Assembly: GCA_951406725.2 (NCBI GenBank)
Contig: OX597830.1
Location: forward strand, 41,416,001 to 41,480,000
Reading direction: 5' to 3'
Source: Octopus vulgaris
Taxonomy: Eukaryota
Length of the DNA: 64,000 nucleotides
Below are positions 25,521 to 39,475 of the stretch, one piece after another. The notes below the pieces were generated by a model. That model searched no databases and had not been told where the DNA came from. It saw only the letters and a list, made by a program, of their open reading frames with translations. Every line of letters begins with the position of its first letter. Within the stretch, counting starts at the first letter, position 1. The translations under genes and the position numbers were made by a program.

Positions 25521-26951
25521 TATATATATACACACACACACACAACAGTCTTCTTTCAGTTTCTCTCTACCAAGTCCATTCACAAGGCTTTGGTCAGCTT
25601 ATGACTAGAGTAGAAGACGTTTATCCAAGGTGTCACATATTGATATTAAACCTGGAAAGCAGACTTCTTATCAGAAAGTTGCTGCTGTTATTTAAACAAA
25701 TTTACCCACAGCAGAACAGATTGCCCTGGAGCCCCCAACTGCATGTGTTAACTTCCTGTGATCTCCAAGCATAAATCCTGGATAAATCTTTATCCTTTAC
25801 TGGAAGTAAAATCTCATTTCTGTTGATATCCTCTAATTAATAGAAATGTCAAAAATGATTAAGAATTAAAAGCCAGAAACAGTAAATCCATTTATTATAA
25901 CCAGTAACAGAACTTAAATTTAATCAACACTTAATGGATTTTAATTGAAATGATCTAACCAACTACAATCTCATCATCATCATTGCATCATTGATGATGA
26001 TGATATATATATATATATATATATATAGTTCAAATTTACAGAAAACAAAAGACAAAGACAGGTGTGGGGACAACAAGCAGGTGTATTAATATATATATAT
26101 ATATTTTATCTTCTACTTGTTTCAGTCATTAGGCTGTGGTCATGCTGGAGCACCACCTGGAAGAATGAATCAACTCCAATACCTATTATTTTTAAGGCTG
26201 GTACTCATTCTATTGATGTCTTTTGCTGAACTGCTAAGTTAAGGGAATGTAAACACACCAACACAGGTTAGTCAAGCAGTAGTGGCGGACACAGACACAG
26301 ATACACACATATGTATATATACACACACAATAGGCTTCTTTCAGTTTCTGTCTTCCAAATCCACCAACAAAGTTTTGGTCAGCCTGAGGTTATAGTAGAA
26401 GACACTTGCCCAAGGTGCCATGCAGTGGGACTGAACCTGGAACCATGTGGTTGGGAAGCAAACATCTTACAACGCCAGCACACAACAGATATATAGATCC
26501 AATACCAGCAATCACACACTGAAACTAATGAATAATCAATTATTTAGAGAGGGGTGGAGTGAGAGTGTAGGTTAAGGCGAATGAATGAAGGGCAGAAGAT
26601 TAAAGGAGAAAGGATGTGAAGCAGTGGTTAGACAAAAGGCCTCTGTGGAAGGTATTAAGATTGACAAAGAGCCCAGTGAGCATCAAAGTTAACATGGCAG
26701 CATTAACAAGTCAATAGTATGAACAATGGCTGTCAGACATGAAGAGGATACATTCAGCAGTGGTCTTCCTTCCTGTTTTTTGTTTTTAATCTTCAATCAG
26801 TTGAAGGAGTTGAAAAGCATATGGCCTAGGAGTAAGGATGTTGCACTCACGATTGCCAGATCATGGGTTCAGTTCTCAAGTTGAGCAGCATGTTGTGCTC
26901 TTGAGCAAAACACTTCATTTCGCATTGCTCTAGAGCTGTGTGGGGATTGGT

Positions 26952-27175
26952 GGCGGTGAGCTAGCAGAATCGTTAGCACGCTGGGCGAAATGCGTAGCCG
27001 TATTTCGCCTGCCGTTATGTTCTGAGTTCAAATTCCGCCGAGGTCGACTTTGCCTTTCATCCTTTTGGGGTCGATAAATTAAGTACCAGTTACGCACTGG
27101 GGTCGATGTAATCAACTTAATCCGTTTGTCTGTCCCCTCTGTGTTTAGCCCCTTGTGGGTAGTAAAGAAATAGGT
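26952..27175 (+). mobile_element. Full-length, CpG-retaining (young) SINE family B copy
   Basis: GGCGGTGAGCTAGCAGAATCGTTAGCACG...GAGTTCAAATTCCGCCGAGGTCGACTTTGCCTTTCATCCTTTTGGGGTCGATAAATTAAGTACC. Confidence 0.9.
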
Positions 27176-28742
27176 ATGTCAAAGAATAGACCCAATATTT
27201 CCTCTGCCTGTCGTAAAAGGTGACTAAATGAGGTCGAGGTAGGATTTGCACTCTGACCTTAAAAAAAATCCTCATTAGCAACAACAAATCCAAACAGACC
27301 CATGGTTTGGAGGGTTCTTGCCTGAGTGGTACAAAGGTGTCATCCACCAGGGGTTGTAGGGAACTACCAACAAATGGTGGATGCAGTGATGTGCTGTTAC
27401 GGAACATTTCTCCCATACTACTACCATAACCACTGCAACTACTAATCCATTGCTATTGATGACCAATGATCAATAACAAAATGACTGTCCTGAAAAAAAG
27501 AAAAGAAAAAACAACACAAACTACAGAATAACTGAAATAAAATTGATTTTTATTTTTATAAATTTAATAAAAATTCTCAGAATAGTTTACAATTGATAAA
27601 TTCAATAAGATAGTTTTGTTTATTTATATATTTGTTAATATATAAAAGAATAAACTCAAGCTAGATATACACTTACACATACATACATACGTTCATGATG
27701 AAGACGGTGATAATTGGATCCTTAGTAAGGTACAAAAACCAATTAACAAGAATAATTTGGTCTAACTGACCCCCAGCATGTGTGTTACTAATACTTATTC
27801 TATTGATTCCGGAGAAGGAATGGGAGAAGGATGGCTGAGAGACAAATTCAACTTCAATGCAATTTGAACATGGAACATAAACATATGGAAACAAAATTCT
27901 ATAAAGGAACTAAAACTTCTATCCTGCTGTTTCCCACCCTTGGAAAATATCAAAATTGGCAACAAATGATAAACAAGACACATAAATTTTTTTACAAAAT
28001 GGCAACTTTAAAGAGGAAATGGTTACAGTATTGGAGTACATGATGGGGAGTAGAAATCTAATATGATAAGACTCAGCCATCACTTGTAATCAAAGGCAAG
28101 ATGCATCGCAGGATCTATTCTACCTCCTTGCATTTGGATAGCAATGCCTGCAATGACCCTGGTGCTAAGCTGTTGAGGCACCAAGTCAGTGGTCTTTCTC
28201 ATGGATAAATATTTGTTTTGTGGAAATAAGAGACTTGCATACTAGGGCAACGGCCAGTCTTCCTCAAAAGAATTTCACCTTGGCCTGTACCTACATGGAC
28301 AGGTGTATGATCAGCCTTGGTTGATGGTGGCCCTATTCACAATCAAATAGGACTTTGTGGTAGCATGTTATACCTTTACCTCTCTTTTAGGTGCTCATGC
28401 CTATGTAGTTGTGAGCAGAGAGTCATTTTCTTGACCTGGAATTAATCTTGACCCAGCATAAACTCTAAATTAGAACGGCTGGAGAAAGAGAGAGAGAGAG
28501 CTGCACCCCCAGTACTTTCATTGGGATATTTTAATAACCTCAGAATGATGAAAGACAAAGTCACATTCTATACTTAGAACGTGAAAAACTGACACAAATA
28601 CCACACAGAATTTTAAATAATGTTCTAACAACTGTGCCACTCCATTGCTCTAGATTGGTACCAAGTTTTATTGACCCAGGAAGCAGAAACAGTAAAGTTG
28701 ATGTTAGCAGGTTTTAAATTATTTAACGTAACCTCTATTACA

Positions 28743-29153
28743 TTAACCCTTTCATTGTCATATTTCTGTTGAAACACATTGCTTTTGTTTAAACAATGAA
28801 GAATTTAGTAAAATAACATCATCAGTATTAAGTTGGTGTCTGAAACATAAACATTAAATTTTGATAGGTTTTGAATTGGTTTACTTTAACCCTCTGGCAT
28901 TCAGATGATGCTGTCAAATGTAATGCTTATTTATTCATAATTGTTTTGAATTTGTCATGTATTATCTTGTAGCTGTGAGACTTTACTAATGCGACTGTTT
29001 ATTATTAGAATGACATTATAGGATCGGTGTGAGGGACAGGTCTGTCTGGCTTGAACACTGGTTTAAATGCTAAGAGATTAAAACAGGAAGTTTTTTTTTT
29101 ATCAGAGGAGCAGGGTTTGTATCTAAGGCAGGTTGTAGTATCAAACAAGTTAA
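28743..29153. mobile_element. MITE A with MITE B nested at an internal TTAA (28886-29081)
   Basis: Same architecture as 23814-24243 but a different TTAA site. Confidence 0.7.
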
Positions 29154-30881
29154 AAAGATATACAACAGTTACTTTCACTCAGTCACATTCTCAATTCAAA
29201 TACCACTAAGAGCAACTTTGTCTTTCCTCACTCTGGGTTTTATAAAATAGATGCCATCTATTTACTGCAGCTCACTCAATTAATGTTACCACTTCTCTGA
29301 AAACAATGAATTTGTACTAAATGTGAGAAATATTTACAACCCAAGATAACAAGATACACAGCAGCTCACTGGGTGGATGGTCAATACTTTATATCCAGAA
29401 ACATTAAGTTTCATGAAACTGTGTACCTCATCGTAAATAGATATTATGGGGAGGCACAGCTCAGAGTTGGTAGCAGTACAAGTCACTGTATACTCGATTT
29501 CTTTTGAACAGATTTATAAAGTGAGAGATGTTTTATGTTTATATCTCTCTAAACCATGAACTTCACAACAGCCCACATCTCTCAATTTATGGACAGCATG
29601 CAGTGCTGTATTGTGTTTTGATCCTTGAAAGAATTTAGCTATCAGGAGGGTACATTCTGCAAGTTCGACTTTCAAGAGGTAACTCTTTTTGAAAGCAAAA
29701 ATGTCTGTAGGGTTTCAATTACAAAGAGGGTTGCATCATATGCAAGACAATCAATTCTTCTAACAATAAATACAAAACAATGAAATTGGTCAACTACAAA
29801 TCACAACTTTGTGGTTGAGTGAGAGAGTGATTGAAAAACTAAATAAATTTTTAAAGATACCCAGTTGGGAAAAAATTTTAAGTAACTCTGAAACAATTTA
29901 AGTATATAACTAAATCTATAAAGGAATCAAAATACAAAATCTTACAAATGTAAAGTAATTTTCAAAATGATCAGAGTAATGGTGAAATATTCCAGAAATA
30001 GAAAAATTAATAAAAACATAAATGATGGAATGTATTGAAGTCTGGATTAGGATAATTATTGTTGTTCTTTTGGATTTTGTCCTTGAATATTCTTTTGTTA
30101 GAGAGACAGAAGGCCAAGGCAATAAAACAGAAAAAAAAACCCCTGAAAGTATGACAGTATCTTATCCTAATATTATATCATCTACAGCAAAGCACTTAAC
30201 ATTTCAATAACTCAGTCAACTTTGCTGTTAATAGATACAATGATGAGGTACATTTCACCAGTAGGAGAAACAAGGATACTGTAAAACTGATTAGTTTCAT
30301 TATTTAAAAAAAATAAATTGTTTAGATTAATTATTTAATTATCCAGAAATGCAGTAAAAACAGTAATTAAGTTAGTGTTAATATATTTATGTAATTAGCA
30401 TTAAAAATCTACTTAAACATACTTCAACAGTGAGGAAAAGACAACATTAGCATAACTAATATTATTTCAGTATTTAGTAAATCTCCCATCACTATTTCAG
30501 TAAAATAGGGTCAAGTCTATGGGTCACTGATGAAATTATTAAAATAATGCAGTCTTTTCATCACCACATAAATATTTCCAATTAGAACTTTTGGTGCTCA
30601 TTATAGGAGAGTGCATGGCCCATTAGTGTCAAGTTCATGAACTGTAATGGTCATGAGCTCATTTCCCAGACATTGTGTCCTTCAGCAAGGCATTTCATTT
30701 CACACTGCTCCAGTGAGTACCAGCAGTAGCTGGGAGTTAACCTTGTAATGGACCAGCACCCTGTTTGAGGAGAGTTTTGTGCTGTCACTTATATGCCGCT
30801 AAGTGACAAGATAGCTCTATATTTAAGAGATGAGAAATTATGTACATTTGACAGATATTTGTCCTCATCTTGTTTGTTGCT

Positions 30882-30924
30882 AACACGTTTCGGCTGACAT
30901 AACCTCCAACCTTCATCAGGTGTC
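30882..30924 (-). ncRNA. Minimal hammerhead ribozyme motif (inverted arm copy)
   Basis: Reverse complement reads GACAC CTGATGA A GGTTG gaggttatgt CAGCC GAAAC GTGTT. Confidence 0.7.
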
Positions 30925-30971
30925 TTGGGGAAATTTCGAACCTGGGTTCTCATTCCTAAGGTATTTTTCGA

Positions 30972-31008
<37 letters not shown>

Positions 31009-31109
31009 ATCCAGGTTCGATTCCAGGTAGTGACATGAATAATGATAATAATAATAATAATATAGAAAAATACCTTAGGAATGAGAGCCCAGGTTCAAAA
31101 TTTCACCAA

Positions 31110-31155
31110 GACACCTGATGAAGGCTGGAGGGTATATCAGCCGAAATGCTGTGTT
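31110..31155 (+). ncRNA. Minimal type I hammerhead ribozyme motif (Penelope-type), mutated stem III
   Basis: GACAC CTGATGA A GGCTG gagggtatat CAGCC GAAA tgct GTGTT: core boxes, perfect 5-bp stem II and stem I GACAC/GTGTT. Confidence 0.75.
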
Positions 31156-34100
31156 AACAACAAACAAGATGAGGACAAGTATCTGTCAAATGTAAATAAT
31201 GTAAAGTAAGAAGAGTTCTGCCATAATGAGCCTGTAGGCTGGAGACAGACATATGTTAAATATAGAATGAAACACTAACAATTGCTTTTCAAGTGGATGG
31301 CATCTCTGGGTTATCAACCCATGACATATATGTATTTAAATAGGGTATTTTTCTTTGTAATATTATTAATCTGCTTAGTAATTTTCTGACCAATATTTCA
31401 ACAAATAAAGTAAAGCCTATTGAGATCTCATAATATTGAAACATACCTAGAGTTGTCTCCCATCTTTCCTACAAGAACTGATTAAGTTGTTGAACTAGTG
31501 TTATCTTTTCCTCACAGTATAAGTATTTCTAATTAAATAGATTAACTAATCAAACTAGCTACAAAGACAGCTACTGTTTCCATTTTCTGATCGAGTCATT
31601 AGCATTACAAAAATCTGCACAAGAACATTCCAACAACTCATCTGAAGAATCCAAATTTGCAAAAATAGCTAACCTCATTAAACGTAAGGAAAACTTATAA
31701 AAGAATTGGTCTCTTATTTAAACATGAAATGAATATTGTCTTTTAAGAATCAAACTCTGCAACAAATTACATATTTATTTTTTAAAGTAGAAAAAGTGAA
31801 CCACAACCACCACCATCATCATTTGTTTCTTAACAGATGGCATTGCATTGTAGGCTTTCTTTACAAGTCTTACCAGTTTGTCTTAAAGTTGTACAAGGGC
31901 AATCATTAATTATCTGCACTGCATACCCGCTAGTCACTATAGTACAGCTTTGAATTTGAAATATCAAGTTGTTATTGCTTTAATAATAACAAAGTCTGTT
32001 GATGTTTTCAAAAGGAGAACCATGATTAATTTACATGTTTACAATAATATTGCATTATTCACATCAATAAAGTTGTTAACAGATAGACACTGCCCTGGTT
32101 TCTGTTTGCCCTATAGAAGGGCAGTGATCTGTGTTTCTGTGTATTAGAGATTGAAATCCATCAAAAGGTTTGAGCACAGCTTGAAAATTGTATTTTGCTG
32201 CTATGGACTGTCTACAAATAAATAGAAAAATTCAAAACTGATCATACAAGCATCACACATCAAAGAATTGGACACCACTAATGACAATACTGAATGAGTC
32301 TGTGTTATAGTTCTATTGAACAGACAGATGACTGATGGATGACATAGCAAAGTAGTTGTGATTTTGTCCATGAAATCATCCACAATAGACTTGGCCATGT
32401 TTAACAATAAAAGATCTCAAAGCACAGAGCTAGAACAAACAAAGGATTTTATCTAATGCTTTAATAATTCTGACATTTCACTGTCCCAAGGTGACACTTT
32501 ATTTTTGTGACCCTGAAACTATGAATGGTAAAATAAACTTTGGCAAGGTTCGAACTTAGAATGCAGTGAACAAAAAACAGCATGACATTTTGTTCAATAC
32601 TTTAACAACTCTGCCAATGCAAGTAAGTCAGGTTGTATACACTAACTCAACACATCTCAGCATTAGGTTTAACATATTTAACATAATTGGAGATCTGGTC
32701 CAATCGACATTTCAAGTCCAAAGCTGTACTACTGTGACTGGTGATGCATGTAATGATTAATTTTACCACAAATAGGGAAAAAAAAGTTACAAGTGCTTTG
32801 CTTGAAAATTAATGACATTAATGATATGCCTTCTAAAAATTATCCAGTCCAAGAATTTTCTGCTTGGTTGTTTTCTCAACTCATTTACACTCACGTTAAG
32901 TCAGCAGACCATACTCAATTCATATGCATTCTTATCCTCTACATCCACTGAGTATAACTCATTACCATACATCATCATATTTACTACACTGGGTGAAAAA
33001 AAAAAAAACCAAAGAAAAATCTTCCTTGAAAAAGAGAGAGAGACCATTGGTAGTATTTCCCAAGATAGATTCCATCACCTTCAGACTTCAACCAACACAA
33101 ACTACTGTTAGTCTCATCTCGAGTACTAATTATACTACACAGCTACTAATTCCAGTGAGCATACAATCAGTTCACAGACAAAGCTGCTCGCCAAAACAGC
33201 TATGCTAATACATTTGTCCCACCATCAACTCTAGCTTGTTATCAATGTCACAGATCTCACTGGATCTATTGAACATTATCTGTTTGTAATGACTACACAA
33301 TAATGATTTACATGTCTTACAGCTATCTTACCCTCCATTTGGTTTTTGCAATACATTTCTCTTCCATGTCAAATTGTTGTACCTTTTGACAGGGTATTAA
33401 TATTACGGTGGTGCATTGCCAGAATTGTTACAGTACAAAGACAAAAATGCTCAGTGGTATTTCTGGCTCTTTATATTCTGGGTGCCTTTAGCTTTTATTC
33501 TTCTGAAGTCAATAAATAAAATACCAGTTGAACACTAAGGTTGACGTAGGCAACTTTCTGCTCTTCAGAAAATTACTGGCTTTGAGCCAAAATCAGAAAA
33601 AATTATTATTATTGAGTGTGAGAGCAATGCATGCCATCAAAGTGACACTGGGGTACAAATATACGAAGCCCAGTATGCCCATCATGCGTACCCATCTGAT
33701 AAGAGTACACCATGCACATGCATCACAACCATATGTGCATGACATGGTGATTTCATATCAAGATAAACAGTGTATGACCTTAAAAATGGAGCCCTGTTAG
33801 AATTTCCTTCAGGTTGAGCAGCCCATCCTGCTCAAAAGGTCCCTGAATATTATTATTATTATTTCTTTCTGCTGCATTATTATTTCCTTGCTGATCAATG
33901 AACCTGGGTCTATGCGAGTCCTTGATGGGAGATACTAGTCGGAAGACCTCCAGGTACAGGAGAGCCATCATTGTCATCACTCATTATTACAGACTACATG
34001 TGCTCACTTTTTTCTTCTACACACAGTTAAGACCCTGTTGTTAATGAAGTTTTTAGAACATCAAACTACAAACTAATACCCTAATCTATGCCTATGTCCA

Positions 34101-34606
34101 CCTTTAAAACTGTAGACCCCAGCCAACCTTTCCCAGAGGCAAACTTAAATTTTTCTTGTATTTCAACAAGGCATTGAACAGTCTATTTGTGTGCAACGTT
34201 TTTATATGCAAGCATCAATTCCTGTAAACACTTATCAACATGCATACATACAAACACACATACACACAAAGAAAATAATACCAAAGAAAACCTGACAACA
34301 AAGTCTAGCCCTTGGTAATTCCTTATGCTCTGATACATCAAATTCCTTACTGGCATCACTGCCAACACTAACACTACTTTTAGCTTCTTTATCTCAGTCA
34401 CTTCCACAAGTCAGTCATTCGGATCTAGCATGCAAAAATTATACATATGCATGGTAATAAGATTCTACTTGAAAAATAAAATTTACAGCAGAATTACAAA
34501 ATCACAGTTTCTACAAAACTTCATTCTTCAAACTAATGAAATGTAGCAGAATGTTGAAGAACAGATTGCAGACGAACCAATCCCGCTCCCTCATCCCTAT
34601 AAAGGA

Positions 34607-34780
34607 TTATTTTTGGTTTAACATGTGGTTATGTATGGTTATCAACTCTTTGATAATGAGCTCTTCTATTTCAACTCCTTGTGAAAGACATTCGGCAGAC
34701 AGCAAGATTGGTTTTGAGGAGTCTTTGGTAACCAGAATTACCTCTTCTTTCCTTGTCTCAAGAAGGTTGGCAATGACTAA
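34607..34780 (-). CDS. PPCS: Phosphopantothenate-cysteine ligase, exon 7 (last coding exon)
   Basis: ttttccag|LVIANLLETRKEEVILVTKDSSKPILLSAECLSQGVEIEELIIKELITIHNHMLNQK*; phase 0. Confidence 0.93.
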   Translation of the reverse strand, partial: LVIANLLETRKEEVILVTKDSSKPILLSAECLSQGVEIEELIIKELITIHNHMLNQK

Positions 34781-35725
34781 CTGGAAAATTATAGAAAATG
34801 AAAATGATATTTATTGAAAGAATAAAGAGAGGAAAAAAGATTAGAGAAAAAGAAACATGGAATAAGATAGAGAGGAACAGAGTAGAAAGATACAATGGAA
34901 AAGGAACAGATTGAAAAAAGAATACAGTGAAAGGAAAGAATGAAGGGAAAGTAAACATTACCAAATGAAGAGGTTTCAGCTATTAACCAAATTTTCTCAT
35001 GTAGAAGTTGCTCTCCTAATTTAGTGTTAAATTTTGGTACAAAATTCTTTTCCTTTCTGTTTTAGGTTTGCAATGTGTATAAATTGCATCCCAGCTTTTT
35101 TCAGTTAAAATCAAAATGAAAACAGTGCAACTTACACATGAGCAAATATGGTATGTTTTTCATATACATGATATATATATACAACATATTAGAGTACAGA
35201 AGAAGTTAAAAGATGTCAGGGAATCCACTAATTCTAAGTCATAACTCATGCCACAATCATTTTCGTTTTTGGTTCTTTAAGATATTTCACTTTCTTCTGT
35301 AGCCAGAAAAGAGACACACAGACAATTGGCCTAGGCTTACTCAGTAGCACCACCTGGTAAATATTCACGCAGTACTGATACTTGCATGTATTGCTTCAAG
35401 TTTTGGCACAATGCCAGCAACTAGTTTAAGGGATTAGTTGATTACGTCAGCTCCAGCACTAGACTGGTATTTTATTTTGTCAAACATGAAAGGGTGAGAG
35501 TTGACCAGAATAATATAATATGAATTCGGAACAAAAAGAGCCAAAAGAAATGTTGCTAAGCAGTTTGTCTGACATGGTACCAACACATTGTAAATATTAA
35601 CCAGGTAGTGCTATTGAGTTGAACCATGTCTTAAGTCTGAGATCAGCAACTCCTTTTTGAAATAGCCAGCTTTTGATTTATTCTTAAATTTGCCCATACC
35701 CCTACTCTCTATATATTATCTTATA

Positions 35726-36211
35726 TTAGGTTGAGGAAAAAGTTTGTGTGCTGAACTTATGCCAAATGGTCGCACCATCAACGCTGAAGTTTACTGCAAG
35801 TAAGTTGATTGAGTTTATGATGCGCTGGTTGAAAAGTGCCCCAAGACTTGTTCATCGAAAATGCGCTTTGTTTCAACAAGACAATGCAAAGCCACATACC
35901 ACCAGAAAGACCAGCAGCAAGATTAAAGAACTGAACAGTGTGGAAGTTCTGCAGCATCCAGGCTATAGTCCAGATGTTGCTCCATCTGACTACGGTCTCT
36001 TCTGATCAATGCAGCACTTTATGAAAGTCATTCAATGAAGTTAAAGAAGCCTGCCAAGAACTTTTCGATTCAAATCTGAAAGCTTGCAGATCATTGGCAG
36101 AAGGTCATGGAAAAGGATGATCTTTATTTTGAAGAATAGTTGTTGTTTTTGAATAAATTCTTGCATAAAAAATTATTTTAACATAGTGCATGAACTTTGT
36201 CCTCAACCTAG
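35726..36211 (+). mobile_element. Internally deleted DD34D mariner with TIRs
   Basis: TA|TTAGGTTGAGGAAAAAGTT ... AACTTTGTCCTCAACCTAG|TA; encodes LFQQDNAKPHT..VEVLQHPGYSPDVAPSDYGLF. Confidence 0.9.
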
Positions 36212-36534
36212 TATTTAAAATATCACCATATAGTCCTCCATTTCTATTTTTGGCAATGTTTATGAAAGCAAAAATTATTACAAATTGTGGCTCAAAAGAA
36301 TCCACCGACTGCTCAATGGCCCACAAATACATTTAACTTTAAAATTTCTTAGAAAAAGGCAGATCCACAGACAACACCTCAATAACCCATTTGTTCACAG
36401 CATCCTGCTGTCAACCCTGCTTAAAGTAGTTACAGCTGAAATCTATCCAAAATTATATATAAAACTTACATTGTACATATGATGAATTATACATATCATC
36501 TTCATTTTCTCTAAGTCTCTAATTTCTATTTATA

Positions 36535-36750
36535 CAGAGTTGGCCAAAAGTCACCTGACCGTAAATCAAAACTCCATAAATAATATTTGTAATTCTGTAT
36601 TGACTTGAATGGAAAAATGTGTCGCTCAAGAAGGACTTCCGTTTGAACATATTTAGGTGCTTTTATTAAATTTATTCACTTGTTAAACATGAATAAATCT
36701 TGGAACTAAATGGTTGTGATTTACTGTCAGGTAACTTTTGGCCAACCCTG
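36535..36750. mobile_element. Tc1/mariner-type MITE
   Basis: TA|CAGAGTTGGCCAAAAGTCACCTGACCGTAAATCA ... TGATTTACTGTCAGGTAACTTTTGGCCAACCCTG|TA. Confidence 0.85.
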
Positions 36751-37162
36751 TATAGTGTATATATGAAGAGCTTGTAATTTTTAGAGGTACTTTACCACAC
36801 TTGCCTTGACATTGAGAGTTAGCGGTCTCACTTTTCAGGTAACAGTCTTTTAAACTTGAGCTATCGCTACCATATTTTCTCACATACAAGTCAAATTTTA
36901 TGGGCCAACATTTACAGTCTAAAATGTAGTTAAACTTACATACTCAAGATGATTTTGGAAGACCAAAAATTCCAAGTGGAATACAGCAGAGTTTGGAAAG
37001 ATAGTGATGATACTTGAGTGTTTATGCTACATATTTGCATTATGTACTACATTGAATTGTATTCTAGAAAATATGGTGAATAGTTTAAGGTAACAAATTT
37101 TGAAAAAAAGGTATCACCTGAAAATTTCCCTAACAATATAGGAAAATATTTTGTTTCCTTAC

Positions 37163-37228
37163 CTGGTGTTGATATTTTTCTAGAGCTGCTTTTGATTTCG
37201 ATATCAGCAAACTTCTGTTAGTTTCTAA
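37163..37228 (-). CDS. PPCS: PPCS exon 6
   Basis: cttttag|LETNRSLLISKSKAALEKYQHQ|gtaagg; completes the conserved SFK-LET motif. Confidence 0.95.
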
Positions 37229-38110
37229 CTAAAAGTAACAAAAAGTCATTTTTGTTATGAATTTGCTTTAAATTAAAATCCATAACATGGAAAGACAAAA
37301 AAAAAAGGGAAAAAAAAGAACGTTTCATTTAAGACGGAAGATGCATTGTGGTTAAGAAGTTTACTTTGAATTGTTAACCACACAGTCTCAAGTTCAATCC
37401 CATCCTTCAATTTAGAATCGCAGACAGATAGAGCTTGTGTGCATGTGCAACACTGGGATTATGAGATCATCTAAGGGAAGGAAACTCTGAGAGAAAATCA
37501 CCCCACCCTCACCCCACTTCAAGTGCTGAAGTTTGGCCATTGGGCTAATCCACCTTTTGATTACAGAAACTTTAAACACTCCGAAGAATCTACAATAACT
37601 TGGAGAGGTTGCTAAACTAGAAATAGAAGGAAGCAGTTGTGAATCACAGCCACTGAAGGACAGCATGAAGAGAAAGAGAGAGAGAGTGGAAGCCTTATGT
37701 GTCACTTGGTATGAAGTGGAAAGAAGAAAAGAAAGGTGAAAAGGTAAAGGTGACTTTTTCAGGATTTGAACTCAGAATTCAGTGAACTCAAACAAATACC
37801 ACATGATATTTTGTTCTACACTTTAACAACTCTGCCAGTTTGCCACCTGTATAAGTCAGGTTGTATATCTTAATTCAACATATCTCACTTGCCTGACTCT
37901 GCATGCATACAGATTATCATCTTATTCAAAGGGAAATTTATTTCACATTAGCTTTGCACTGGACACAGTAATAGTTGAATAGCTAAGAAGGTTCCCAAGG
38001 TTCCAGGTTCATGCCAGAATGGAACATGGACATTAGATGATGACGATGACGCACTAGTCAAGTATATGTATTTTGATTGAGAATGTGCAATATAATGAAA
38101 TGTTACTGAC

Positions 38111-38230
38111 CTTAAAAGAAATTATAAAAGCATCTGGTGCCCAGTCTTTGACAAGTGGTTCCAATAATTTAGGAACCAATTGAAGAGATAATTGTAGAGA
38201 GCCATTTGAGGACTGGATTTTGTGTTCTGG
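38111..38230 (-). CDS. PPCS: PPCS exon 5
   Basis: ttttgtag|PEHKIQSSNGSLQLSLQLVPKLLEPLVKDWAPDAFIISFK|gtcagt. Confidence 0.96.
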
Positions 38231-38682
38231 CTACAAAAGGAGACAGTAAATATCAGTTAACATGGCAGCAATATAGAAACTATTTCAAGGGAGGGAGGGG
38301 TTCTAAATGGTCAATCAACATCCTAGAAATAGCAAGATAATTTCTCTCAAATCATAGCCAAATAACTTAAAAGCAAAAGAACACGTTGGATAATGTAGTT
38401 CTAAATAGACAATGCCTGAAAAAATAAAGAAAAAAAATGATATGGTTATGGTTGGATTTTTTTTTATCATAGATCTTCTCTATCAACCAAGACTGACCAG
38501 GGTTAAACAACATCAATTTAGATAATGTATGGGCAACCTTTCTCGAAAAGTGGGCCATGTGAGACATGGCTCATTATCAGGTGAGCCATACTACTAAAAA
38601 AAAATTCAAGGTAATTTACTGTTAGGAATGTCATTCACAAAGTCCCACAGGCTGCACTTTGATTGCCCCTGATTGATCTAAA

Positions 38683-38922
38683 TCAGTGGTTCTTAACCAT
38701 TTTTCACCTGTGGACCCCTTTGGTTCCTATTTTACTCAGATGAACTCCCAGAGTCAGTCAATGTTTAAAAAATCCTATTATATTTTTTATAATTAAACAT
38801 TATTAGAAATTGTATTTTTTAAAAATTGATAAAATATTTTGTGTATAGCTGGAGTATAAGCAATTTATTGCAAATAAATTTTAACAACAAAATCTTATGT
38901 GGGCCCTGGTCAAGAACCCCTG
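38683..38922. mobile_element. hAT-type MITE (CAGTGGTTCTTAACC...GGTCAAGAACCCCTG)
   Basis: Charlie-like TIRs; related reverse-oriented copy at about 50130-50360. Confidence 0.7.
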
Positions 38923-39175
38923 ACGTAGATAATAAAAGATGCTATAAGTGTTATTGAGCGTTGTTGTTGATTAGTCCCTGATCAGCCCTGACTGACCAGA
39001 GCTGTGATCAAACATGTTCCAGTCACAAGAACCTAATTCTTTTTTCTCACAGACAAAATACGTAGAGCAACATGCAAGGTGATTGTCATAGACAGGTTAG
39101 TGTCAAAAGAGTTAAACAAAGAAGATTATCAGATTTGAAGAGAAGATAAAAGATAAGATAAAACAGCATCCATAC

Positions 39176-39390
39176 CATTTGATCTTTGGGAATATAGAAG
39201 TCAGACACGGCTGCTGCAAGATAGAGCATGGCATCGAGCTGGAGAGTTTTTAATGCCAGAGCTGCTATGCGGAGTAAATACAAATACTCACTCAATGTTG
39301 TAAAATCTACTGATAGTAACATTTCAGAATGTGTTACCTTTTGATAGATGTGTAAAATCTTGCTAATTTTCTCCTCATACTTGCCTTGCA
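39176..39390 (-). CDS. PPCS: PPCS exon 4
   Basis: tacatag|(V)QGKYEEKISKILHIYQKVTHSEMLLSVDFTTLSEYLYLLRIAALALKTLQLDAMLYLAAAVSDFYIPKDQM|gtatgg; contains the YLAAAVSDFY signature. Confidence 0.97.
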
Positions 39391-39475
39391 CTATGTACCG
39401 GAAAGAAGAAAAGTAAACGCATAAATAAACACAATAACCATAAGAGAATTAAAACAGATAAACAAAAACGAACCA

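Larger units (their letters stand above)
30826..31205. mobile_element. Fold-back retroelement with two inverted hammerhead-ribozyme arms and a central tRNA B-box remnant
   Basis: 30841-31007 and 31036-31203 are reverse complements. The centre has CCAGGTTCGATTCCAGG, and each arm has GACAC-CTGATGA-A-stem-GAAA. Confidence 0.85.

Noticed and set aside
25015-25545. Host C2H2 zinc-finger gene
   Set aside because: Preceded by the RTE 'WE..A.DRS.WR' motif, 5'-truncated at a microsatellite, and ends in a retroposon-type tail.
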